DNA from: a virus
DNA: 64,000 nucleotides
Strand: one strand, 5' to 3'
Virus record (IMG/VR): IMGVR_UViG_3300033802_000463
Location: 1-64,000 of that record
Shown here: positions 18,366 to 29,269 of the stretch, in pieces
Position numbering within the stretch: position 1 is the first letter of the stretch
Layout of the letters: each line of letters starts with the position of its first letter
Translations under genes and position numbers: made by a program
Notes under the pieces: generated by a model
Told to the model about the DNA's origin: nothing
The model's database searches: none
What the model saw: the letters and a program-made list of their open reading frames with translations, nothing else

Positions 18366-20203
18366 TTACTGTCCTCCCCTTCAGGCCGCTCAAACAAGAC
18401 ACGGATCCGCAAGCTGAACACTGGATATTCGGATTCTAAATATCCAGGTTTTGTTGTTTTCTGATTGGATTTCGTGACCTGTTTAACGGTATAAATCTTT
18501 GGCGGTGCCGGCTCCCCATCAATGGAATAAGATTGACGCTCCAAGGGGGTAATCGGATGCCAGGTTGACCCATCATCAATCGAGATGAAATATTTGATCC
18601 ATTTGTATTTTTGGGATGGATCATCTGAATAGAACGGAAGAGGAATATCCTCATCGACGGATAGCGTGATCTTCTCCAGCGGCTTGTCAAAATAATATGG
18701 TTCAGAGACAATTTCTGCAGTTTGCTCGTATTCACATGACCAGATTTCAATGTCTCGGATTCCGATGCAATAACGCCATCCTTCAAATCGCTCAATGCCC
18801 ATCTCGATGTTTTCGTTGTTTAACGTTCGTGTTAAGCCAAAGACGATATCTTCCATCGCAATGGGGCTTTGAGTACCATCAACCAGCGGATAGCTTGCAT
18901 CAACCGATGATTCCGTAACACGAACATTCACACCCAAATCCTGCAGCCCAATCACTGGACCTTCAATACGCGGCTGCTCTGCCGTGTCCAATTTTTTCGT
19001 TAGTGAGTCAAATACATAGGACATGCTGTCTTCGATTTTGCGCTTTTGCTCGTAATAGATATGGCCGATATCGGTATAGTATTTATTCGGCTGCTCAAAG
19101 AAAATGGAGATGACTTTCGCCATCTGCGGCGCAAAGATAAAGGTCGTATCTTCATCTCGTTTGTTGGCTCCCAGGATCGACTTTGGTGCGTTCGTGCCAT
19201 CGGAAATGAACACATTGCGAATGATGGCCGGTTTTGCGCCATAGTTTGGCGGCGTATACAAGTTCACATGGATCTTGTTAATCTGCCTGACTTCCGGCAG
19301 CACGATTTGCATATGAAGCCGGAGCACGCCGTCTTCTGGATCTCTAGCCCAGCTAATGGATTGATTTCCGCTCACTTGATAATTGAAACCGAGATTCTTG
19401 GCGATGCGTTGCTTGTCAAATTCCCGAATATTCACCAATTCATATTCAAACCAGGTATTCGGATTCCCATCCAGTACGGCGCCGTAATTGGCATGACAAT
19501 TGCGCTGCCCAACGAATGAGTATGAGTATTCCGAACCGGTCAGGGAATTGCCCGGCGATACGGTCACCTCGTGTGTGTTGCCCGGGAACCCATTGGAATC
19601 GGATCCGATAATAAACTGATCATATGATTTGTTTCCGATTATGATCGTCACTTTGGCATCTTTGGCTACATTCTCGGCTCTCTTTTGTCGCAGCGTTACC
19701 GCGCCGTTTTCAATATGCGCGGCATTGCCAACGATGCGATCAAAATCGATCTTGTCTACGTTGACAAAATCATTGCGATGAAACACGATTTTGCCATTGT
19801 TGTTTGTATTTGTTGCCAGCAGTTCTAAGTCTTTAAGCTTATCGGCAATTTGGTTGAACTGCTCTTCCAGCATAGAATGCTGCATCTGGTTGTAATTAAA
19901 ATCGCTGTAAAGTGCGCGGCTCAGGATATCCGCTTCTTGGAACAAGATTTGCAGATCCTTTTGCAACTCTTCCATCATGCTGTTATAATCATCGCTCCAC
20001 GGAGGACCGTCAATTGGGGCAAGCCGCGGCACCATCATCGGCTTCCCCATACTGACGAAGAAATCTTGAAAAGCTTGAAACACGCTTTGAATCAATTTCG
20101 TGTCTGTTTTAATGGATCCGTCTTCAAAAGCTTTTTTCGCTTTCTCAAATTGAGCAACAGCTTGTCGGTAAAGCAATTGAGAATTATTTTTGAAATTGTT
20201 CAT
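18362..20203 (-). CDS. Putative virion structural protein (paralogue family)
   Basis: SDDYNSMMEELQKDL, AVLDGNPNTW, YFISIDDGSTWHPITP. Confidence 0.7.
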   Translation of the reverse strand: MNNFKNNSQLLYRQAVAQFEKAKKAFEDGSIKTDTKLIQSVFQAFQDFFVSMGKPMMVPRLAPIDGPPWSDDYNSMMEELQKDLQILFQEADILSRALYSDFNYNQMQHSMLEEQFNQIADKLKDLELLATNTNNNGKIVFHRNDFVNVDKIDFDRIVGNAAHIENGAVTLRQKRAENVAKDAKVTIIIGNKSYDQFIIGSDSNGFPGNTHEVTVSPGNSLTGSEYSYSFVGQRNCHANYGAVLDGNPNTWFEYELVNIREFDKQRIAKNLGFNYQVSGNQSISWARDPEDGVLRLHMQIVLPEVRQINKIHVNLYTPPNYGAKPAIIRNVFISDGTNAPKSILGANKRDEDTTFIFAPQMAKVISIFFEQPNKYYTDIGHIYYEQKRKIEDSMSYVFDSLTKKLDTAEQPRIEGPVIGLQDLGVNVRVTESSVDASYPLVDGTQSPIAMEDIVFGLTRTLNNENIEMGIERFEGWRYCIGIRDIEIWSCEYEQTAEIVSEPYYFDKPLEKITLSVDEDIPLPFYSDDPSQKYKWIKYFISIDDGSTWHPITPLERQSYSIDGEPAPPKIYTVKQVTKSNQKTTKPGYLESEYPVFSLRIRVLFERPEGEDSK

Positions 20204-20381
20204 TCTTCCACCTCAAATATCCGAGACTGCTGAATCGAATCCCATGCCGTTTTGTGCGAATATATACAAACCACTCATCACATTCCCGATACCATGAAAT
20301 TTGGAATAACCCGAAATTTAACCGTGGACGAGTTTCTCCGCATCCGCATGGACATTTTCGACGAAGTGTGTTTTCAAACAT
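20184..20381 (-). CDS. Small Cys-containing hypothetical protein (CPCGCG)
   Basis: ATG 20381 with RBS CAGGAGG; overlaps both flanking genes. Confidence 0.55.
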   Translation of the reverse strand: MFENTLRRKCPCGCGETRPRLNFGLFQISWYRECDEWFVYIRTKRHGIRFSSLGYLRWKNEQFQK

Positions 20382-22851
20382 GGCGAACCTCCTGGTCATA
20401 GGTCTGGCAGCGCAGCGAATAACTGTATAAAGCCGGCGTTACACTTTCATGTTCAGCACTGTTGCGGCGCAGAATGGCCTTGAGACGAATATCTGTCGTC
20501 AAGTAATAATAATCCACGGTGATATTCTTTAAGGTTTCACTGGATACAGACGATGGAAAAATAATTTGATTTCCGATCTGCGCAAATGCATGTCCATCAT
20601 TTTCATTTTCCAGGCGTTCAACACCAAATGAGCTGTTTGCATAATCGGTGATGTTTTTGTATTCCACTCCGTTTACGCGAACAATGACCGGATAGTACAG
20701 TTTATCAGCCGTAAGTTGAGAACTGTCCTGCTGATATCTCTGCAAGATGGAATCGTAGGTGAACAATTTTTCACGAAATACATAGGGTACATGTTTCAGC
20801 GTTATCGTATTGTTGCTGCCTACACTGTCAAAAGTCTCACCGGTCTCTCCGCGCTCATTGATGTACTGAACCGGTTGAATTTCATCGTGATCGATGGTTA
20901 CAAAAAATGCATCATCGACAGGCTTGTAATCCACCGTATAAATACTGGACGCCGAATAATAAGGAGCGCGAATGCCAAGCTTCTTTCCATCTGTTGAGAT
21001 GACATACTGTTCTCTCGGAACAGGAACACCGTCGCGGCGCAAGGTGACGGTTTCTGGAGAAACGATCGGGAATCGAAAACTGAATTGAATCGTGTTTTCC
21101 AGCTCCGGATAGTTTTCCGTTACACTGCTACCAAAGAGGAGCTCACCCTCTACAAACTTCTTGTTGGCCGGCAATATCGGCTTCCACGAATTTACGTCTG
21201 GATTCTTTTTGTATGAAATATAGTATTCGATATCGGTAATTCGCACCGAATCCCCATTATCAATTTGGATATTGTGATGCTTTTCATCTGTTACCAAACT
21301 GATCGTCTTCACGTTGCCGCTGATCGGAAGCGGCCTGGATACGTAAATCGATCGTTGCTGAAACTTGCGTCCTGTCAAACTGATATTGTAAAACCCGTAT
21401 AGGTATGACAGCTTCGATACCACGGTCCATTCTTGTTTCAGGTGATCCGGGATTTGCTGTGGTGTGCCGACAGCTGCAATGGATCGCAACGCAAGCTGCA
21501 TCGGGTTCTTGTAATTTCCAGTGCGCACGATATTCATCGCAGCTTTGGCGGCTTCAACCACATTACCGGCCGAACTACCAATGTTGCTGGCCCAATCTTT
21601 TAAGGCTGACAAATATCGGTTCCACCCTGTGATTTCGTTTTTCTTGTCAAATTCCGCTATCGATTCTCCCGGACTCACTTTATCAGCGATGGATTCTTTT
21701 CCAAGCTGAAGCAACTGACTGTCGCTGATGATGCGCTGCCATAATTCAGCCTGATTGGCTTGATCAACACTGACAATATAGTTTTCTTTGACATAGTTCT
21801 CTTGCCGAATCAGGATCCGCAGCATCGAGATATCTACCGAAGGGAATTGAAAGCTGATCAACCCCACCGACTTCTTACTTCGTTGCGATGGATTTTCATG
21901 ATTTGGTGTAACGAGGGCATACATTTTGGAATCTCGGTCAGCTGTTTCATATCCGTGAATAGCCACAATCTCCAATGGATACGCACAATACGGATCAAAC
22001 TGAATCTCCGACACCGTTGTAAGTCCATTCAATTTGATTTCGATTTCACATATGGCACCATCCTTCGGCACATCCATATAATCATGCGACCAAAGATTGC
22101 TGATGTCGTGCGTAATGGGTTCATCGGCGAGCACCACTTCCGCCCAGTAGCTTTCTGAGGAACCGTCAATTGCATGATCGATCGGATGTTCTGGATTGGT
22201 TGCCATGGCGCCGACTCGATTAATCACCCGGATACTGGCAAGCTTTCGCCCATACGGGTTTTTCAATTGATCGATCGTCTCGTAGCTGGCCAGCTGCAGT
22301 CGATCGGCCACAATTTCAGCTTGATACTTGTCGCCAAGATACTGTCCGTAGCGATCTTTGCGAAGCAGCTGGAGCGCCTCTTTGCTTGTTTCGGTATATT
22401 GATGCGCAGCAAATTGTTCATGGACGCCTTCGACGAACCCATCTGTATTTTGCATAATCAATTTGTAACGCTCTATCTGACTATCGATCATCTGAATCCT
22501 TTTTTTCAATTCTGCCAACATCGAGCGCGTCAATTGTTGATTGTCATTGATGATTTGATCGATTTTTGCAGATGCCGAAAAGATGGTCATTAAGTCAAAG
22601 GCGATTTCTTCCATGTTTTTATTGTAATCGGCGGAATTTGTTCTGCCAGATTGCGGTCGCGCCTGGAAGGTCGGTTTGCCCTCATATTGGCTCAGGTCTG
22701 ACATGAGACGGTCCAGCTCTGCTTTGAGCTCATATTCACTTTTGATAAGCCCTTGCTGCTGTTTCAGCTCCAGAAGTTCCATCAGTTTTTGCCGCTGCGT
22801 CTCTGGCATGGTTAGCAAAAAGTCATCGAGAAACTTTCCCACCGATATCAC
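20374..22851 (-). CDS. Putative virion structural protein (paralogue family)
   Basis: SADYNKNMEEIAFDL, HAIDGSSESYW, C-terminal LKAILRR...TPALYSY. Confidence 0.7.
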   Translation of the reverse strand: MISVGKFLDDFLLTMPETQRQKLMELLELKQQQGLIKSEYELKAELDRLMSDLSQYEGKPTFQARPQSGRTNSADYNKNMEEIAFDLMTIFSASAKIDQIINDNQQLTRSMLAELKKRIQMIDSQIERYKLIMQNTDGFVEGVHEQFAAHQYTETSKEALQLLRKDRYGQYLGDKYQAEIVADRLQLASYETIDQLKNPYGRKLASIRVINRVGAMATNPEHPIDHAIDGSSESYWAEVVLADEPITHDISNLWSHDYMDVPKDGAICEIEIKLNGLTTVSEIQFDPYCAYPLEIVAIHGYETADRDSKMYALVTPNHENPSQRSKKSVGLISFQFPSVDISMLRILIRQENYVKENYIVSVDQANQAELWQRIISDSQLLQLGKESIADKVSPGESIAEFDKKNEITGWNRYLSALKDWASNIGSSAGNVVEAAKAAMNIVRTGNYKNPMQLALRSIAAVGTPQQIPDHLKQEWTVVSKLSYLYGFYNISLTGRKFQQRSIYVSRPLPISGNVKTISLVTDEKHHNIQIDNGDSVRITDIEYYISYKKNPDVNSWKPILPANKKFVEGELLFGSSVTENYPELENTIQFSFRFPIVSPETVTLRRDGVPVPREQYVISTDGKKLGIRAPYYSASSIYTVDYKPVDDAFFVTIDHDEIQPVQYINERGETGETFDSVGSNNTITLKHVPYVFREKLFTYDSILQRYQQDSSQLTADKLYYPVIVRVNGVEYKNITDYANSSFGVERLENENDGHAFAQIGNQIIFPSSVSSETLKNITVDYYYLTTDIRLKAILRRNSAEHESVTPALYSYSLRCQTYDQEVRHV

Positions 22852-22883
22852 CTCCTATGTATCAAGACAGCCTTGCGGCTGTC

Positions 22884-23936
22884 TTACTTCATGATGACCC
22901 CATATTGGCCATCATATGGCTTCCAGGTATTCTCTTCCTCATCCCATTTCTCCACGACAAAATGACTGAGGAATGGATGGTCGTTATACGAGAATGTCAC
23001 ATGAGCCATGCCGTCCTGGACCGAAATCGAGAGTCCTTTCGGCGTAATTGACTCCATCACGAGCTCTTTGTGGTTGCGCATAATGCTGAAGTCAATTGTC
23101 CAGTCCTGCCCTTTCATCGATTCGATGTCTGCGAGAACGCCGGTCAGCATCTTTTCAAATCGCATCAACATTTCCATGAGCGGACTTGTTTTGGACACAA
23201 CGGTTTCCAAGAGGAAGTACAGGAAGTCATCAGGAACATCTTTGAACTGCATTTTAACCGGGAAGTACAAACGCACAGGTTTTTTCGGCGCCTCATCCAA
23301 GAGCACCAATCCATTTTCGTCAATTCTGCCTGTCAACAAACTGTTGTTGGATGTCAAAAGCCCCTTCTCGCCATTCTCGTCCAGAACGGTCACGACGCCT
23401 TCAACAAAGATAATCCCTTCTTCTTTGGGCAGTTGTATGATGGTGTCGCCTACGTTGTAATTTAGCTCCACTTTGTAAGGCATCACAATATCTCGGTTGA
23501 TAAAATCGAGACTGTGCTGGGCCATTTCCTGAATCCGGCGAAGGCGATAATCAAGTTTCAGGCCGTCATCCACAACAGAATCCACTTCAGCAATCGCGTT
23601 GTTGATTTCATTTTTAATGTAGGGTTCAACCCCAGTCCCGGTTACATTTTGGGCGATTTGAATCACTTGTTCCTTCAGATCTTCCAGCAATTTTTTAAGC
23701 CGCTGGCCTTTTGCCGCCGCAACGCCAAACGTTGCTGTGCTCAATTCGGCGAGCGCTTCTTCTGCTTTAACAATAGCTGTGATGGCATTTGTTCTGTTGA
23801 CATTGACTTGGGGAACTGCGGACAGGATAGCGCCTTTGTTTTCCTGCCAGGAAGCCATAGAAGCGTTCAGGTCATTGAGACGCGCTTCGAGCTGATTCAC
23901 AAATGGAATCAGATCCTTCGTGTTTGATATTGGCAT
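22884..23936 (-). CDS. Hypothetical (probably virion) protein with an N-terminal coiled coil
   Basis: 350-aa ORF with strong RBS AAGGAGGAG. Confidence 0.7.
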   Translation of the reverse strand: MPISNTKDLIPFVNQLEARLNDLNASMASWQENKGAILSAVPQVNVNRTNAITAIVKAEEALAELSTATFGVAAAKGQRLKKLLEDLKEQVIQIAQNVTGTGVEPYIKNEINNAIAEVDSVVDDGLKLDYRLRRIQEMAQHSLDFINRDIVMPYKVELNYNVGDTIIQLPKEEGIIFVEGVVTVLDENGEKGLLTSNNSLLTGRIDENGLVLLDEAPKKPVRLYFPVKMQFKDVPDDFLYFLLETVVSKTSPLMEMLMRFEKMLTGVLADIESMKGQDWTIDFSIMRNHKELVMESITPKGLSISVQDGMAHVTFSYNDHPFLSHFVVEKWDEEENTWKPYDGQYGVIMK

Positions 23937-23952
23937 ATGGACTCCTCCTTTG

Positions 23953-23981
23953 AAAAAGCGGCTGGCGAGTTTACCAGCCGC
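23953..23981 (-). terminator. Rho-independent terminator
   Basis: GCGGCTGG/CCAGCCGC 8-bp stem followed by TTTTT on the minus strand. Confidence 0.75.
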
Positions 23982-24019
23982 CTATCTTATTTTATCATGA
24001 AATGCATTACAATTTAACT

Positions 24020-27000
24020 CTAAACTTCAATAACTTCAAGATTGTCTGAGCCCTCAATGACCGGCGTCATTTTGACGTAATCAACAAACATTTGTCCAAT
24101 CCGCTGATCAATGGAATGGTTGATAAGAATATCGACGCGGTTGGCTTCGGCTGGCACATCGATGACGGCAGTATATACCATCCATGTGTCTCCATGTTCA
24201 ACGATCGGAAGCGGGATGGCTTTGATCAATCCGTTTTCTCCCATGATTTGAATCTCGCCGCAAATTCGTTCCGTGGCTCCCAGGTTAAGTTTAGCTTTGA
24301 TGTCGATTTGGTATTTGGATCTTGTGAGTTTCGTGCCCGGGATCGTAATGCCGTATTCCGCATCATCGAATAATGTCAACACGCCGTCTTTTCCATTGCC
24401 AAGCTCTTTATCGTCGATCACATAGATGCCTTTGGATAACTTCTCGTTATATTCGGTAATGTGTTTTTGTCCTTTGAACTCGAAGTTTCCGATGATGTTC
24501 AGGTCTTCATAAACCGGATCTACGTATTCGATGATAGGCAGACTTCCGTAGGCTTTCCATTTGGCGACAGCGGCTTGAACCTCGGATTCATGGAAGCCAT
24601 CAGGGTTGTTTTCGGACCGCAGGATCGATCTTGGCAGACGAACAATAAATACTCCATTTTCCTGATAAGCTTCTCCGTCGAAATATCCGATGTCCCAGTT
24701 GTAAAGCGACTCCTGATTAATTTTCTTAATAATATCTTTTGATAGAGCTTCATCCAATCCCCCTCCTCTTGTTCGCGTATCCAAGATGACCATATCTTTT
24801 TCAATGGTGCTATTGGATTGGACTGCTACCTTGCCGATGCAAAGCATGGATGGATCATAATAATAATCATCCGGATCAAACCAATGTCCCTCATCGGTAT
24901 GGAAGATCGCTTTGGTTCGAGTGGTTCCTTCGATCAGTTTCAGCTCTTCCCCATGCCGGATCCAGATGGATGTTGGACGCAAGTAGATATGAATCTGGCG
25001 CACAAGCAGTTCATTGCCAGCACGCTCCTCGATCGTATACGAATCGGTCTTCATATCGCCCGGGATCCAGTTGCGCATACCTTGACGCGCCATCGTGAAT
25101 TTGTGCCCTGGACTTGGGTTGAAGTCCATATGGAAGAACTCTGTCCTGCCGGTTGTATCGTTTCTGCGCTCGAATCCGCGGTACGTATACCACTGTTCCT
25201 CATAGGCATAGCGCACAAACACTTCGTCTTGATCGCGAATCTTATCGTGCAGATAGATGATGCCTTTCTTCGCATCCACATCCGACACTCGCAGTTTGCG
25301 TGCATTGTTGATTCGCAGCGCCTCAACTTCCAAGTAACTGATCCCGACATCGGAAGAAAGAACAATGGGCGTAAAGCGAGTTTGGATGGTCTTTTCATTC
25401 AGGATAATCGGCTTTTCCCTTTCAACCAGCATGATTGGACGGTGGTAAAAAGGCTGATTTGTATATTCGGGTATCGTGTAATCCAGGACGACCTCAACAT
25501 GATCATCCGCGCTGCGCGGCGCATACGCGATCAATTCAGGGTACGAAACATACAGCTGCGGCACCCGTTCAGCCGCTTCAAAATATGGCAGCTTCATCCG
25601 GCGTTTGACTCGTCCATTTTTCACTCGCACATACCAATTTTGGGTTTCCATCTCGCTCATGGCCACTTTTGGTTTCTCGACTTCAATCTTTCGATTGTCA
25701 TCCAGCTTGATGGCCAAAATTGGAACAGACTCCAGTTCCTCGAAATTGGTCCAGGCTACCAGGTCCACTCTTAGTCCATCCAAAATGCTGGATTTGTCTG
25801 GTTTTAAGATGTGTTTCAGCCGCATGCGGTTGACGCCATCATAGGCCTGGTCGATCTCAAATCGTTCAGTGGAGCCCATCGTGTAGCGCCAACGATAGTT
25901 GACCCGGTGTTCTTTGTTTTGTCCGTTAATATCTCCGCGTTCAATGCGAAGCAGAATTTGGTCTTTCGGGATATTGTCCGGTATGCTTAGTTTTTTGTAA
26001 ATCCCATCATCTGAAAATAGATTGCCAAGCGACTTGATCCCCTCATGTTTGAATATCATGTCTGGTTCTTCTGGCCAGGAAATCGGTATGCCAATTGGTG
26101 TAATTGGCGGCACATCGGCAACTGCAATGACTTCATTGGATGGTCCAATGGACAGTGATACCATATCACCGCTTGTTACCCAAATGCGATTCCACGAAAA
26201 GTTTTCAATGTTCGATGGGATAACTTCTTTGGATAATGTGGCGGGCGTAAGTTCATAGGCCATCGATCCGTCTGCCAACATGTATGCTTTGCCGCTTCCC
26301 CGAATATTCAAGTTGTGCTCTGACGTTTTCCATGGAACAACCACGGTTCCGCCAGCTGCATAGTTGTTCGTTTGCACATAGGGGTAATCGCCTCGCATTC
26401 GCACATTCAAATCAGAAGGCGTTTTTTCAAATTGAATGGCAGCGGTTGGATAGGGCGTATATGGAAACAGTGTGCCATACGTTGTACGAATGTAGTCTTC
26501 AATTTTAGCCCGAAGAATGTCAGCCGGCTTTTCATCCATTGCCTTAACTTCCGCATTGCTGGTCAGTGTTACATCCACCCAATCTGTATACTCCCGGCGC
26601 ACATCGAGCTCTGTTAGTGTAATCCTGGACCATGCCGAACCCGCCTGGGAAATATCCATTAATCCGTAACCACCCCATTGATAATCATTATCTTGCGCCT
26701 CTGCAACCAATGTTCCAAGAGCATCGTCGCTAAGATCACGGCTTATATAAACTTTGAATTGATTTTCTTGACAGATTACGGTGATTTTAACCGGCTCATT
26801 CGGGTTCCATCCAATGTTTGATGCAGTCGCTTCGTTCGTAATATCTTGAAACGAGTTGCCTGATGAGTCATATTTATATCGGCAGTTTGGAACGAGCAAG
26901 TCTGAATACTCGGGCAATGTTGATGGCGATGCCTTAAAGATCCTGGTTTTTTTATGTCCGAGACCTGTGCTGTTCAAATATTGAGACATGTCATAAACGG

Positions 27001-29221
27001 CTTCAAAGTTCGGGTCTGGAACTCCCGGCAATTTTTTTTGATATTCGGTGTAATACATGGCAGCAGATACACCGCGATTACTGATTAAAATACGTCCTAC
27101 CCCATTGCCGTCCGGCGCTGACCGTTGCCACATTTGCTGACGCTCCCAGACGAACATATAATAATGATGCTCATCTTGCACACGAAACAAGATTCCAATA
27201 ATATCATCGTCATTGTCATCTTGAACTTGAACAATGGTCGAAAATTTATAGTTTCGTTTATTGATATGGTTGTGATTCCAGAATCCGCTTATTTCGACAT
27301 TATTGGCTGTTAATTTCATTGTGTCTGTTGCACGATCATAAACCCACTTAAACTGTGTCTTTTCAGTGCCGATATATTCCCATCCTGAAAAAGCATCAAA
27401 CATTTTTGTTTGATTCTGCAGAATGATCGAGTAATCTTGATAGCATCGAAAGCGGCCATGATAAGTCAAACTGCTGACCGTTTGTCCTTCTCCGCTTGCC
27501 TCCCAGTTGAAGCTCAGTTCTGTTCGCTGTCTCTCCGGGATAATCGTGCATTGATGCGGGATCGGATTATTTTTGATTCGAACATTGGGGCCGGTGACGC
27601 CCTTCCAGGGCTCTGATTCCACCGTGCTTTTTGCTTGCGGAACCTCACTGCCGCTTTCTCCAACTCTTGTCTCTACGCTGGTATTATCCGGCGCAGAGGT
27701 GACAGTATAGAGAAGATTACCTGCTGTATCTTCAATTGCAAATATCGCGTCGGACGGCAAAGATGGCATATCCAAAGGCAGTACCATATTGATCAGGCTT
27801 CGGGCGTTAAAGAATCCAGCTCCGGTTCGCAAGCCGATTGATTTCCACTCCCCAGAATAATCAACCTTTTCGTGGGCAAGCAGTGCTTCCGGATTGATGA
27901 CCCAATCGGTTACATAACCAAATGTTATCCGTCGATTGTTGCCTTGATCGTCTTGGAAGCTGGCCGAAAGCTTGTAATTAAACATCTTCTTCTCACGAGG
28001 ATCCGCTTCTGACTTTTGCGGGACCGTGATTTTATATCCGTCTTTATCTGGGAACTCCTCAATCATATAGACTTCTTCCGTGGGATCGGCCGCGGCAAGT
28101 CTCTCTGGCGTAACTTGCTGATACGCGCTATTGCCGTTGATTACTCGTAGTTTTCCGCCTTCAACAAATACTTTTCCATCTTTTATATTTTGCTTATTGT
28201 TATAGAGCTCCACGGTCTTGGTAACGCTTTGAATTACTTCATCGCTGACAACTCGATCGATATGATTGTAGCGCACCTTATAGGTTTGTTCGGTGTCTGT
28301 ATTCAGCTGCAGGTAAATTTTGACCCAGTAAATCTTGGGATTTTCCTTCATGGCACGAACATAGATCAGACGCTTCACTTCATCGCCAAGCACGTTTCCA
28401 TTCTCATCTGTAATCTGAATTTGATTGCCGCGGTATCGCACTACCTTATCTGGTTCGCCTGCCACGCTGTCGTAATGATACAGAAGCTCAAATTTATAAT
28501 AGAGAGCCGTATTGATGCTATGCTCATTGCGAAGAAAACGTCTAGTGACATTGACTTGATTTGATGGAAACCGATCATACGGCGGCCGCTTGACAATCGG
28601 CTGATCATCCGAAATGATGTCCGCGTAAGACAGCACTCCGTTTTGATCCGGCACGACCAAGCTTTCCATTTGGTCCATCGGGATGACATTCTCATTGACA
28701 TAGGCTGTATCAATAAGCGAAATGTTTTCGTTGCTATTCAGCCGCGGCGTATGCACAAACGCCAGGTTCACATCCCCTTCCGGCACTTGTTCCCCTACTC
28801 GCAGCGCAAACGTATTGTTTGGCAGTTTGCTGATATATTCATACAACTCCAGGCCATACCCAAGGTTTACGCTGGGATGATAGTAAGCAATGGCCACCGA
28901 TTCAGGATCCGTGGTTTCAAATTTCTTTTCTTTGTTTGATGCCCAAAATGACACAACGACATCTTTATTTCCGGAGGCAGCTACATATTTGTTTACCTGA
29001 ATATCTTCCCGGCGAAGACCATATGAATCCGCGTATGCTTGAATCATCGGTTCAAACAATTCGCGCATGGTTTTTCCTTCGGCCACTGTTTTGCTCGCCG
29101 TTGGGCGGTTGAAGGTTTCATTTATCGAAAAGCTATCTGCTTCATAGTGAAAAGCATGTGCCAATATTTCTTTTGATGGCACCGAAATCAAGCAGCTGAT
29201 GCGATATGAAAATTGAATCAT
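24020..29221 (-). CDS. Very large putative virion/baseplate protein with a thrombospondin-C-like lectin domain and a C-terminal jelly-roll
   Basis: DNDDDIIGILFRVQDEHHYYMFVW; DTRTRGGG...WDIG.FDG block; 1,733 aa. Confidence 0.75.
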   Translation of the reverse strand: MIQFSYRISCLISVPSKEILAHAFHYEADSFSINETFNRPTASKTVAEGKTMRELFEPMIQAYADSYGLRREDIQVNKYVAASGNKDVVVSFWASNKEKKFETTDPESVAIAYYHPSVNLGYGLELYEYISKLPNNTFALRVGEQVPEGDVNLAFVHTPRLNSNENISLIDTAYVNENVIPMDQMESLVVPDQNGVLSYADIISDDQPIVKRPPYDRFPSNQVNVTRRFLRNEHSINTALYYKFELLYHYDSVAGEPDKVVRYRGNQIQITDENGNVLGDEVKRLIYVRAMKENPKIYWVKIYLQLNTDTEQTYKVRYNHIDRVVSDEVIQSVTKTVELYNNKQNIKDGKVFVEGGKLRVINGNSAYQQVTPERLAAADPTEEVYMIEEFPDKDGYKITVPQKSEADPREKKMFNYKLSASFQDDQGNNRRITFGYVTDWVINPEALLAHEKVDYSGEWKSIGLRTGAGFFNARSLINMVLPLDMPSLPSDAIFAIEDTAGNLLYTVTSAPDNTSVETRVGESGSEVPQAKSTVESEPWKGVTGPNVRIKNNPIPHQCTIIPERQRTELSFNWEASGEGQTVSSLTYHGRFRCYQDYSIILQNQTKMFDAFSGWEYIGTEKTQFKWVYDRATDTMKLTANNVEISGFWNHNHINKRNYKFSTIVQVQDDNDDDIIGILFRVQDEHHYYMFVWERQQMWQRSAPDGNGVGRILISNRGVSAAMYYTEYQKKLPGVPDPNFEAVYDMSQYLNSTGLGHKKTRIFKASPSTLPEYSDLLVPNCRYKYDSSGNSFQDITNEATASNIGWNPNEPVKITVICQENQFKVYISRDLSDDALGTLVAEAQDNDYQWGGYGLMDISQAGSAWSRITLTELDVRREYTDWVDVTLTSNAEVKAMDEKPADILRAKIEDYIRTTYGTLFPYTPYPTAAIQFEKTPSDLNVRMRGDYPYVQTNNYAAGGTVVVPWKTSEHNLNIRGSGKAYMLADGSMAYELTPATLSKEVIPSNIENFSWNRIWVTSGDMVSLSIGPSNEVIAVADVPPITPIGIPISWPEEPDMIFKHEGIKSLGNLFSDDGIYKKLSIPDNIPKDQILLRIERGDINGQNKEHRVNYRWRYTMGSTERFEIDQAYDGVNRMRLKHILKPDKSSILDGLRVDLVAWTNFEELESVPILAIKLDDNRKIEVEKPKVAMSEMETQNWYVRVKNGRVKRRMKLPYFEAAERVPQLYVSYPELIAYAPRSADDHVEVVLDYTIPEYTNQPFYHRPIMLVEREKPIILNEKTIQTRFTPIVLSSDVGISYLEVEALRINNARKLRVSDVDAKKGIIYLHDKIRDQDEVFVRYAYEEQWYTYRGFERRNDTTGRTEFFHMDFNPSPGHKFTMARQGMRNWIPGDMKTDSYTIEERAGNELLVRQIHIYLRPTSIWIRHGEELKLIEGTTRTKAIFHTDEGHWFDPDDYYYDPSMLCIGKVAVQSNSTIEKDMVILDTRTRGGGLDEALSKDIIKKINQESLYNWDIGYFDGEAYQENGVFIVRLPRSILRSENNPDGFHESEVQAAVAKWKAYGSLPIIEYVDPVYEDLNIIGNFEFKGQKHITEYNEKLSKGIYVIDDKELGNGKDGVLTLFDDAEYGITIPGTKLTRSKYQIDIKAKLNLGATERICGEIQIMGENGLIKAIPLPIVEHGDTWMVYTAVIDVPAEANRVDILINHSIDQRIGQMFVDYVKMTPVIEGSDNLEVIEV

Positions 29222-29269
29222 GCTGAGTCCTCCTTTGGGCCATTATGTAAAAGAAAGCAATAGGGGGTA

